Positions 25,345 to 38,938 of a DNA stretch of 64,000 nucleotides are shown in pieces. This DNA comes from Bugula neritina. Lineage: Eukaryota > Animalia > Bryozoa. A program made the translations under genes and the position numbers. Each line of letters starts with the position of its first letter. The stretch's first letter is position 1. The stretch is taken from positions 10,445,751 through 10,509,750 of the forward strand of contig OZ037773.1 of the NCBI GenBank assembly GCA_964035545.1, in the 5' to 3' direction. Below the pieces are notes generated by a model, which saw only the letters and a list, made by a program, of their open reading frames with translations, ran no database searches and was not told the DNA's origin.

Positions 25345-25955
25345 ACTCTCTGCTCACTCTACATCTCTCTGCTGACTCTACATCTTTCTGCTCACTCTAC
25401 ATCTCTCTGCTCACTCTACATCTCTCTGCTCACTCTACATCTCTCTGCTGACTCTACATCTCTCTGCTCACTCTACATCTCTCTGCTCACTCTACATCTC
25501 TCTGCTCACTCTACATCTCTCTGCTCACTCTACATCTCTCTGCTCACTCTACATCTCTCTGCTCACTCTACATCTCTCTGCTCACTCTCTCTGCTTACTC
25601 TACATCTCTCTGCTGACTCTACATCTTTCTGCTCACTCTACATCTCTCTGCTCACTCTACATCTCTCTGCTCACTCTACATCTCTCTGCTGACTCTACAT
25701 CTCTCTGCTCACTCTACATCTCTCTGCTCACTCTACATCTCTCTGCTCACTCTACATCTCTCTGCTCACTCTACATCCCTCTGCTGACTCTACATCTCTC
25801 TGCTGACTCTACATCTCTCTGTTGACTCTACATCTCTCTGCTGACTCTACATCTCTCTGCTCACTCTACATCTCTCTGCTCACTCTCTCTGCTGACTCTA
25901 CATCTCTCAGCTGACTCTACATCTCTCTGCTGACAACATCTCTCTGCTCACTCTA
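25345..25955. repeat. 19-bp minisatellite (CTCTACATCTCTCTGCTCA)
   Basis: Tandem units directly abutting the 15-bp array. Confidence 0.92.
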
Positions 25956-26717
25956 GTCTAGAGGTACAAACCTGAGTGAATCATCTGTGATGTCATTCAC
26001 ACCGTTTGTCGCTCCACTATTGCAGGAAATGACATCAGATTGCTAGCTTCAGGTCCACGGTGCGGTATTGGGGAGTTGATTCTACCAGAGAATGAGCCGG
26101 GGAGTAGCATAATGCCCGATAGGTACTCAGTTAGCTGGTAGGTACTCAGTCTACACTTCTGAGGCACAGTATTAGGCTGTCTATTATTTTACTATTTCAA
26201 TGTATTTTATCTACTAGTTATGTGTGTATTACTTGTGTTCTAATTGTCTTAGTGACTTGAGTGTAATGCATAAGTTTATATATTGTTATAAACTGTGTTA
26301 CCAGGCAAAGTCAATCCTACTCAGTGCGAGTCACTCACAATGATATGTGCCCAGGTAATGGGTAACAACACAGCCGTGACCTTCGGTGGCAGTCAAGGTC
26401 ATTGTGAACTGAATGTATTCCGTCCGATGATCATTTCGAATATCTTACAGAGTGTTCGGCTCATTTCCTCTGGCTGTGTTTCCTTCACAGACAAGTGCAT
26501 TGTGGGTAGGTGTTGGTATGTGATAACTTGGTGATGTCATCCCTAGCTACTCTGTATTCATGTGACACTGTATATCATGTGATGACAACTCCTACTATCT
26601 GTTTGCTGCCGTATTCCAGGTATGGAGGTCAACAGAGATAGAATACAATCCCATCTCAACCAGTCTCTCATGTTGGTGACAGCTTTGAATAGTCACTTGG
26701 GGTAAGTTTATCACTGC

Positions 26718-27422
26718 ATAGTAACACTACACAGTAACACTACATAGTAACACTACACAGTAACACTACATAGTAACACTACATAGTAACGCTACACAGT
26801 AACACTACACAGTAACACTACACAGTAACACTACATAGTAACACTACACAGTAACACTACACAGTAACACTACATAGTAACACTACATAGTAACACTACA
26901 CAGTAACACTACACAGTATACACTACACAGTAACACTACACAGTAACACTACACAATAACACTACACAGTAACACTACACAGTAACACTACATAGTAACA
27001 CTACACAGTAACACTACACAGTAACACTACACAGTAACACTACACAGTAACACTACACAGTAACACTACACAGTAACACTACACAGTAACACTACATAGT
27101 AACACTACACAGTAACACTACACAGTAACACTACACAGTAACACTACACAGTAACACTACACAGTAACACTACATAGTAACACTACACAGTAACACTACA
27201 TAGTAACACTACACAGTAACACTACACAGTAACACTACACAGTAACACTACATAGTAACACTACATAGTAACACTACACAGTAACACTACACAGTAACAC
27301 TACACAGTAACACTACACAGTAACACTACACAGTAACACTACACAGTAACACTACACAGTAACACTACATAGTAACACTACACAGTAACACTACATAGTA
27401 ACACTGCATAGTAACACTACAC
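26718..27422. repeat. 13-bp minisatellite (AGTAACACTACAY)
   Basis: Tandem units in the last fumarase intron. Confidence 0.95.
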
Positions 27423-27854
27423 TGCATAGCAGAGTAAGTTAGGGTTTATCTCCCTTGTATAACTTTCTATTACAGGTATGACAAGGCCTGCTCTATTGCT
27501 AAACACGCTCATAGAAATAAACATACACTGAAAGAATCAGCCTTAGAACTTGGGCTATTAACTGAGAGAGAGTTTGATGAGTGGGTATGCCCCGAACTTA
27601 TGATATCTCCTAAGCCATGAGATCTCATGCTAAATTTACTCTATCTCTTCCACAGTATTATTACATTAGTATGCTATATACTAGTTTATTATTCTGTATA
27701 TAGAGAGTAGATAACTCTAGGTATAGGTCTCGGTATTATTGTTTACAGAATATAACAAATATGTTTATCTGTTTCCTTGGTGCTGGAAGTGGGACTTTTA
27801 TATGTTGTCGTGTTTTATAGTCTTTAAGTATGCATCATATTTCCTCTTGTATCA

Positions 27855-28045
27855 TGTTTTACTAGTATAGACTGTGTTCCTGTGTTTTACTACTAGTATA
27901 TACTGTGTTCCTGTGTTTTACTACTAGTATAGTCTGTGGTCCTGTGTTTTACTACTAGTATAGACTGTGTTCCTGTGTTTTACTACTAGTATAGTCTGTG
28001 TTCCCATGTTTTACTACTAGTATAGTCTGTTTTCCTATGTTTTAT
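27855..28045. repeat. ~31-bp minisatellite (TGTTTTACTACTAGTATAGTCTGTGTTCCTG); paralog at ~51150-51330
   Basis: Tandem units downstream of the fumarase stop codon in both duplicates. Confidence 0.85.
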
Positions 28046-28595
28046 AGCCTACGTTCTCAACCAAAGCATTTTATTTATTATCTAGCCAAGTATTTTACTA
28101 TTGTGTCAAATAAACTGCTAGAAACACCTTTTCTGTTGTTCTATTATTAGATGTGACTGCATAACACAGCCTCCATAACCAACTAAAATATACAAGTCAT
28201 AATTTCCCTTCACCCAGTTTATTTTATAAAAATTTTGTGAAGAAAAAGGATAAATACAATAACAGTGTAGCAACTTGAAATACACACACTCGCACGCTGA
28301 ATAGAACACACGCACATATATATTTATAGATAATATTCTGCATGTATTCATCACCCTAATTAAAATGTATTATGGATTATTAATATAATATAGTTATACA
28401 TGCAAATTGTTTAATCAGCCAGCTATAGGTTCTCTCTGCTTATGTCATACTAATTCTACTGTATGATAGGAACAGTAGCTCAATATCTATTTCTCCTCCA
28501 AAATATCTCTATTCTACAAAACACCAGAGAAGTGTTGCATTATGGGTAGCAATGCATTGTAATGCTGCAAAGCATTATGACTAAACTATATAGCA

Positions 28596-28717
28596 TGCAC
28601 GCACGCGCGCGCACGCACGCACGCACGCACGCATGCACACACACACAACACACACACACACACAACACACACACAACACACACACACACAACACACACAC
28701 ACACAACACACACACAC

Positions 28718-28811
<94 letters not shown>
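28596..28811. repeat. (GCAC)n/(CA)n microsatellite
   Basis: Simple repeat. Confidence 0.97.
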
Positions 28812-28815
<4 letters not shown>

Positions 28816-30946
28816 TATCTCAGTATTCATCTTCAGGGTTTGAACAAATTGAAAGTAGTTAAATATTAGTTTGCGTAATTAGCATAGAGTAAGTAATTTT
28901 AAATTTCATTTATTCTCTAGAAATTTGTTTAGTTTATTGTAGTGAATTTTGCTAGTTCACTATTATGTTGGGGTTAATTATGCACAATTACCACGCCAGG
29001 TTCAAGTAGATAAGAAGGGTTTATTTAATACAATTATATAACAGTAAGATAAAACGGGTACAACAATAACTATTACTATCATTACATAATTAGAGCAATA
29101 TAATTCACAACTATAATCAAGTGGGTCCCAAGCTGCTCTGCCAGCTAGCAGTTAGCGTGCTACCTTAACGCATGTAGCCACGCCCAGTCCTCAGAGGTAG
29201 CGTGCCTGATTGGCTCCCACACATCAGGCCACTGTCGGCCTAGCCAGTCGATGTCGACCTAACCACAGAATGTCGACCTAGTCACAGAATGTCGACCTAG
29301 CCTTACTGTCACTAATTAGAGTATACCGCTTCGATATACTCTACTATTAAAATCCATTACACTCGCCACACCTATCGAAAGGTATACTCTCATTATTAGA
29401 TGTGGCCGAGTTACCAAAAAGAAAAGGAACATATACAATAAAACGTGTGTACACCACCAAAGGCAATGCAAAATAATGAAATAAAACATATATAAGACAT
29501 GTGTACATCACCAAAATACTGTAAAATAAAGGAAAGAAAACCGTATACAAAACTTGTGTACACCACCAAACACAAATGAAATGAAATAAAAGAGCATGCA
29601 CCGGCCTACATTTTTGATATTCAAAAATAGGCAGCTGCGCTATGACACTCACACAGTCAAAGCCAAGCACGCGTCGGTCGACGCTCTTACTCCACAGGAG
29701 TCAGGCAGTAAAATATGTCCGACTGATATTGTCAGTCGGAGAAGAAAAAGATGACTTGCCAGGGCACCATCAAGGTCACGTTGGTTCACTCTATTTCCAG
29801 TGGATCATGCCGACAGAGGCAAAAGGCTCCCGGTCGAAGAAAAGGAAAAGAGTATGCAGCCGGACAAGACAATTATGGCTAACTATTGATGTATGCCACG
29901 TGCAGGCTAGCCGGCAGGGTAGGTGTCGTCGTAAGGAAGAAGAAGAAGACGAATGACTATCCCAGTATCGATGATACATTTTAGTTAGTCTCCTGACATC
30001 TATTATTTATAGTATTATTTATCCGTGTCGACGGTCCATGCAGTATTATTATTATTATGATTATATTAATTATCGACCCGTCCGACTGTCAGTCTCCAAG
30101 TACGATGGTGGACTACTGTTCATGTGCGATGTATCTCTCCAGATACTACGTCTGTCTATCGAGCCAGCAGAGAAAGATGTGGGGCACCATCTGCCACGTC
30201 AGCCACCGGTTCCGCTGTGATGTCTCTTCAAGAGTCAAGGAAGCTACTGTCATCTGTCGACTGTTGACCAAGGGGGTGACTGCGTGACAGTGGTGCCAGG
30301 AATTGTGTGCCCGCTCTGCAAGGAAAAAGTTTCACCTGTAACAGAATACCAGAGACTGTTAGAGGGGTTTTCACCGGGTCAGTACGACACCGACACTGAG
30401 TCCGGCAGTCTGACTCTCCTGATTACCAGAATCAGCTAGTCGACTGCTCCGCTCTAGTCGTCAGTGAAATCATCTGACTAGAAAACCAGCCTTATCGTTA
30501 TGATAAAGCGAGACTTATTTTATAGCTACTAGAATTCTACTTCCTAAAAAATAGAATTATGCTAGTAGACTTACCATAGGATCAGCCCTGACGTTAGTCT
30601 ACTGTCCACTAAGGCTTATTAGATAGCCACACTGCCAAGCACATGCTCGCACCCCGGCAGTTGTTACTGAAAAGAACGCTCTACGTAGTGAAAGTGATTA
30701 CATAATCACCTTGTACTAGTGAGCTGGCTTTGTTCTTTTCAGTTTCTCTCGGTAGTGTTATTATTTTCCACTACCGAGACTGCAATTCTCAGTTGTGTTC
30801 CCCTGATTGGGGCCACAACTCTCAATTGCTGGATGTGCTCGCTGATGTTACAATATTATTACTAAATATTCTTACACCAGCGAGCCGACAGTTCACAGTT
30901 GCATTTCCTTGTATCTAGGTCTTGCAACTCTCAACTGCCCGTCCCC

Positions 30947-33900
30947 TCAGATTTCTTTTATGATAGCTGACGGATGTTTTTCCACTGCATCACACAAGAA
31001 ATCTTTTAAATAAGATGGAGGCGCCCTAGTACATTGACTACGTTCCAACTGTACTGGGGAATGTGCTGCTGCTGGCGACTCTACCACCACGGGTGGTGTC
31101 GCCAGTACAGGGGGGTCCACCAGTACGGGTGGTGCCTCCCTAGCTGCCTCTTCCTCATGAATTTGAGGAATTACCATCTCGCTTGGGGGGTTACACCTGT
31201 CGGCCCGCTCCACTGGTGGTGGTGCCGGCTCAGACAGGTCTTCTGGAGTGTCGGCCTCCTCCTCCTGGGGTGGAGGTGGCCCGGGCGGGTCGGCGGCCGT
31301 GTCGGCCGCTCCCTCCTGATCCGGCAGTATCTCTTCCACATCTCTATACGCCATGCCTCGCCCTCTCATGGTAGGGCGACGCGCTGGCTCTAAGAGTGGG
31401 GGAGCTTGGCCCGCCGCATCAGGGCTCGCCCAATAAAGTTTCAAGCGTGCCTCATTCTGAACTGACACTTGTCCAGAGCGTTCCACCTTATACGTGTGAT
31501 TTTCCATCACCTCAATCACGCAATAAGGACCCACGAACTTCGGCTGCAACTTAGCCGCCTGTCCGCGCCGCCGGCGACGACTGGTCATCCAGACCCAGTC
31601 TCCCACCTTGTACAAAGGTGGGTCGTCAGAGTCACCACTCCTGACTTGCCATTGCTGCTCACGTAGCACTTCGTGAGCTGTCCTCATACGCTTCACGAGC
31701 TCATCCACATAATCGTGAACATTGCTCTCCGGAGCCGGAACATGATAGGTCACGTGCTCAGGAACCCTAGTTTCTCTCCCCAGCATGAGAAAGTTAGGGG
31801 TCTCCAGTGTACTGGAGTGAGGGGTACTACGGTAGGCTCGCATGATTTGCGGCAGCACCGTGGGTATCCCAGATCAACTCCCGCCTCAGAGCAGACGGGC
31901 AGACTACCCTCTCCCGTTCACTGCGACTGGTGCCGGCTGCTAACGTTATCGTCAGCAGCCCATCGCTGTTAAACCGGAGGGAGTCCCAGCGATCACAGAA
32001 GTACTTGAACTCAGCACTCTTCACCCGCTGTTCGGCCTCACTCGGCCGCCGTCCCTCATTCATGGCCCGGACTAAGTCGGCTACTACCCCTGGTAGCGTA
32101 GCCTGGAGCCGACACAGCTCCCTGACGTTTCTGAGTAATGCGGGGTTTGCGTGAAGGTTGTTAACAGCTTCATTGGGGGGGTCGGACCGAAGCAATCCTT
32201 CCTCCCAGCTGTATACCCCCGCTTTCCCCAGCTGTTCCTCAACGTCCGAGCGAGGGGGTCCACCATCCCTACGCTCTAAGCCTTGGCATTGCTTACACCC
32301 ATCTGCCTGGCGGCGGCTGAGTCCGTCGGCATTGCCGTGTTTCTTACCGGGTCGATGCTCGATCCGATAAGAAAACTCAGCCAGGATCTCCAGCCATCGT
32401 GCCACCTGGCTTGATGGTTCAGCCCGTCGACACAGCCATATCAAAGACGCATGATCCGTCCGTAGCCGGAATGAGCGCCCATATAGATATGGTCTGAAGT
32501 GTTTGACCGCCTTAACTACTGCCAGGAGTTCTCTCCTGGTTGTACAGTAGTTCTTTTCAGGTGCCAACAGGGCTTTACTATAGTAAGCCACCACCACCTC
32601 GCGGCCATCTTGGACCTGCGATAGCACAGCCCCCACATTATGGTTACTGGCATCAGTATCCAAAATGTACTCCTTCGCGGGGTCGGGATACGCCAAGATG
32701 GGTGCTTCCACCAGGCGATCCTTCAGGTGGTCAAATGCCTTCTGCTCAGCCTGAGTCCACTGCCAATGCACCCCCTTTGCTATCAGCCGATTTAACGGCT
32801 GTGCAATCCCTGCAAAGTCCGGTACGTACTGCCGATAGTACCCAACCAGCCCCAGGAATGCCCGCAACTCGGGGAGGTCGACAGGGACAGCCCAGTCCCT
32901 CACAGCCCGTACCTTCTCGGGGTCGGTGGCGACCCCGTCTCGGCCAACTACATGACCCAGGTACTTCACCTCGCGCTGCAATAACGCACACTTAGAGGGC
33001 TTGAGCTTCAGACCAGCAGCTCAAAGTCTGTCAAACACCTCTCTTAGCCGACTGACATGAGTGCCGAAGTCGGGGGAGATGACAATGACATCATCGAGAT
33101 AGATGAGCAAGGTCTTCCAGTGCAGCCCACTCAGGACCTGCTCCATGAGTCGCTGGAATGTGGCCGGAGCGGACGTAAGTTCGAACGGCAACACCTTCCA
33201 TTTCCAGAGCCCATCCCGCGTAATAAACGCGGCCTTGTCCTGTGCTTCAGGACTCAGGGGCACCTGCCAATACCCGCTGAGCAAGTCCAACGTGCTGAAG
33301 AACTTGCTACCAGCCAGGGCATCTAGCGACTCATCGATCTTAGGAAGGGGGTAAGCATCCTGGATGGTCACGCTGTTCAGCCTGCGATAATCAACGCAAA
33401 ACCTCCAGCTCCCATCTTTTTTCCGAACCAGGACAACTGGAGAACTCCAGGCCCCATGGCCTGGCTCAATCAGGTCCCGGCTCAGAAGGTCTTGCACCTG
33501 TCGGCTCACCTCACTTTCCTTCTCAGGACCTAACCGGCGTGTCGGCTGCCGAATAGGCACCGTTCCCGCCGCCAGGGGTATCTCATGACAGACAGCCTTC
33601 GTCAGACCCATGTCATGCTCGCCGCAACTGAACACGTCCTTGTACTCAGAGAGGAGCTGCGCCATCACCAGGCGTTCCCGCTTACTCTCACAGCCATCAC
33701 AGGCATTCCCGTACAATTCTGCTACGTGCTCAGGCACCGGCCCCCTGCCGTCACTAGTGGGTATCCTCCGGGCGTCGTCCGCTGTTTCCAGCGCGGGCCC
33801 CACATCCTCCTCCTGCACGGAGTGGAACTTTCCCACTAGTGACCCAGCCGGCAATTCTACCGGCTCCGTGAAAGGATTTACGCACTGGACTAGGAACTCC

Positions 33901-34885
33901 CCCCGCTCATCCAGTCTATTCAGACTGTTAGCGAGCTGGACGGCCCCCAGCGCACCTTCCACCACTCCTAACTCGGAGATTTCACTACAGTTCACTCTGC
34001 AGCGAACTGTAGCCCGAGAGCGCCCAGGTACAGTACAACGCTGTACCACCTGCACTCCCCCCACCAAGGGTCGGCCAAATCGGTTGACACAGACCAGCTC
34101 ACGCCCGGCCATCACCACTGCAGACTTGCTAAAGTCAATGTGGCACCTGTGTCGCTGCAGAAATGGCATGCCCAAGATGGCATCCTCCTTGAGTTGACTG
34201 ACAATGAAGGTCTCGCTGATCACCTGATCACGGACTCTTCCAGTCAACTCCACTACCCCATAGAAAGGAATACATGAACCGTCCGCCAACGTACCATGTT
34301 CCCCATCATATGGTTCCAGGCTAGCCCTGTCTCTAGCACTGAGTGTGTCAAACAGACGCCGACTCAGTAGATTTGTGGTACACCCAGTATCCAACAGGAA
34401 GGTGACAGCTTTGCCAGCAAGTTTGCCGGGGAGGAAATAGCTGCTTCCATATGGCTGGGCGCTCACTGAGCGGTTCGTCGCTTGAGGCGACACCTCGTGT
34501 GCGTGGAGTTGGGAATGCGCCTGTGCTTTGGGTTTGTGAGGGCGTCGTCGACGTTGTCGGGGCAAGTAGGGTACATCTCGGTCCTGCTCACACACGGGCG
34601 GCCGAGTGTATGCTCGGTCTTGTGCTCGTGTGGGCGACCGAGGGAAATCCCTGTCTTGCTCCCATTCGTCGTACACTTCCTCATTAGGCAAACCTTCAAA
34701 GCGGTTTTTGAGTACCCAAGCCGAAGGTTCTGGCGGGCCTTGCGGCCGACTAACTCTCCTTGGGGCTTGCCACTCTGGCGAAGGCGGCCTCCTCACCCGG
34801 TTGGGTTTGGGCCTTGGCCTCTGCCTGGGAGGGTTAAACCAGGGCCCACGGTCGGCGGAAGTTACCGTGGGCCATTGCCGTTTAA
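30947..34885 (-). pseudogene. Gypsy pol (PR, RT, RNase H, truncated integrase)
   Basis: LLDTGC; WSSPVVLV.KKDGSWRFCVDYR; YLDD; DTDAS...RRELLA...TDH...NADGLSR. In-frame TGA at 33021-33023 (RL*AAGLKLKPSKC). A deletion near 31860 fuses the start of the integrase HHCC region (LIWDTH) to the end of the core (LPQIMRAYRSTPH). Confidence 0.92.
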
Positions 34886-35737
34886 CTGCCTCCCCCTGCC
34901 ATGGGGGCAACTTCGTATGAAGTGCCCGCCACTACCACAGCCCCAGCATACTCTGGGGCGCCGCCTCTCGTCGACATTCGTCGGCAACCCTCGGGGTCTC
35001 TCGACTGTCGACTGCTGGCGTAGCTGCCTGATCTCGGCCAACAGCTCCCGAACCAGACTCGTGGTCAAGTCAGTTGGTTCATCGGCTGCTGCCGTAGCGA
35101 CATGCACAGCTGTCTTTGCCGGCGACGTCGACATGTCGTCGTCGGCTCCGACTTGCTGTATTGCCGTACCAGGCCGGCACGTACTGTCGGCTTGGAAATA
35201 TGCATTCCCAAGCCTTAGAGCTCTCTCCATAGTCTCAACCTCGGCCACCAACAGATGTTGTTTCAGCCCGAGGTTGTTAATCGACTGGAGGAATGCGTCC
35301 AGTGCCAGACTCTGTCGACTGTCGGCAGGCAAGTCGCCATAGGCGACTTGTGCCAGTCGTTCGACTACAGTGGCGTGCTCTCGCAGATTAGTCTTTGGAT
35401 TTCTCCTTAGACTCTGCAATTGCACGCGGGCATCTCGAGCGGTTAACCCGAACCTGGCTTGTAGTGCCTCTAATATGTCGTCAACGTCCTGGCCTATCCC
35501 ATAAGGTTTGGCCGGCCCCGTCAGACATAACCGTAGCTGGATTAGAGTAACCCTGGGCGGCCATCTGCAGATGGCCGCCACATCACTGAACTCAGTGATG
35601 AATTGCTCCACATCTTCTTCTCCTGAGAAGATGGGAGCCCGCAAGTGGTACCTGTCCATAGGCAGCGCTGGGCCGCCTATGTAATCTTCCTCTACTGCTG
35701 CCGGTTCATGTCGGGGCTCATCGACACCGTCGGCCAT
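34862..35737 (-). CDS. Gypsy gag (291 aa) with CCHC knuckle
   Basis: APIFSGEEDVEQFI...; CWGCGSGGHFIRSC; overlaps pol at a G-TTA-AAC slippery site (~34880-34886). Confidence 0.92.
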   Translation of the reverse strand: MADGVDEPRHEPAAVEEDYIGGPALPMDRYHLRAPIFSGEEDVEQFITEFSDVAAICRWPPRVTLIQLRLCLTGPAKPYGIGQDVDDILEALQARFGLTARDARVQLQSLRRNPKTNLREHATVVERLAQVAYGDLPADSRQSLALDAFLQSINNLGLKQHLLVAEVETMERALRLGNAYFQADSTCRPGTAIQQVGADDDMSTSPAKTAVHVATAAADEPTDLTTSLVRELLAEIRQLRQQSTVERPRGLPTNVDERRRPRVCWGCGSGGHFIRSCPHGRGRQLNGNGPR

Positions 35738-35775
35738 CTTCTTATTCCCTGGCTAGGGGCATCGGCATAAATTAG

Positions 35776-35793
35776 ATCCCACCGCTGCCACCA
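35776..35793 (-). promoter_or_regulatory. Primer-binding site complementary to tRNA-Leu 3' end
   Basis: Minus strand reads TGGTGGCAGCGGTGGGAT, 1 nt from the 5' LTR. It is complementary to the eukaryotic tRNA-Leu 3' end (...ATCCCACCGCTGCCA+CCA). Confidence 0.9.
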
Positions 35794-36524
35794 CTGTAGT
35801 GAATTTTGCTAGTTCACTATTATGTTGGGGTTAATTATGCACAATTACCACGCCAGGTTCAAGTAGATAAGAAGGGTTTATTTAATACAATTATATAACA
35901 GTAAGATAAAACGGGTACAACAATAACTATTACTATCATTACATAATTAGAGCAATATAATTCACAACTATAATCAAGTGGGTCCCAAGCTGCTCTGCCA
36001 GCTAGCAGTTAGCGTGCTACCTTAACGCATGTAGCCACGCCCAGTCCTCAGAGGTAGCGTGCCTGATTGGCTCCCACACATCAAGCCACTGTCGGCCTAG
36101 CCAGCCGATGTCGACCTAACCACAGAATGTCGACCTAGTCACAGAATGTCGACCTAGCCGTACTGTCACTAATTAGAGTATACCGTTTCGATATACTCTA
36201 CTATTAAAATCCATTACACTATGTCATGTTTTTACTCTGAAGAATAAAATTTCAAATTACATGAAATTGTTTTTTCTAGTAATTCAGATATATCTTCTCT
36301 AACGAAAGTTTTTACTAGTACTGTCACTACTTCAAAGTCAAAGGTGAGATTCTTTAAACATTTAAATGTTATTTGTCATGTTATGTATGTTGAAGAATAA
36401 CCAACATGTTACAGATAGTTGGTACGAAGGTGTTTCCGTATTGGGTGAACATATTTTAGAACATTCAAGATTATACTACCTGTATAGTGATGTTATTACT
36501 TGAATAGTTGAATAGTTCATCACA

Positions 36525-38885
<2,361 letters not shown>

Positions 38886-38938
38886 GATATACCATCAGCT
38901 TATATTTGATGATCTAAATTCAAATCAAAAGATGAATG

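Larger units (their letters stand above)
24552..27620 (+). pseudogene. FH: Class II fumarate hydratase, internally deleted (exons 24552-24683, 24921-25031, 26026-26118, 26305-26505, 26620-26701, 27476-27620)
   Basis: [12 protein letters not shown]...[12 protein letters not shown]; [38 protein letters not shown]; SLMLVTALN.HLGYDKA..IAK.AH. The central exons (TGSGTQSNMN, HPND, GRTH.QDA, GGTAVGTG motifs) are absent. Exon 2 and exon 3 phases are incompatible, and the donor at 26119 is AT. Confidence 0.9.
28938..36218 (-). mobile_element. Gypsy/Ty3 LTR retrotransposon, defective
   Basis: 424-bp TG...CA LTRs at 28938-29361 and 35795-36218 with at least 4 substitutions between them. Flanks TTAT/CTAT (4-bp TSD with one mismatch). 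tRNA-Leu PBS. gag and PR-RT-RH-IN order. Confidence 0.96.

Noticed and set aside
23923-28843. Low-complexity ORFs (poly-V/L/T/S, SPVYY, CILLT, CVCV, HTHT)
   Set aside because: Translations of micro- and minisatellites; only the fumarase exon portions are real coding sequence.
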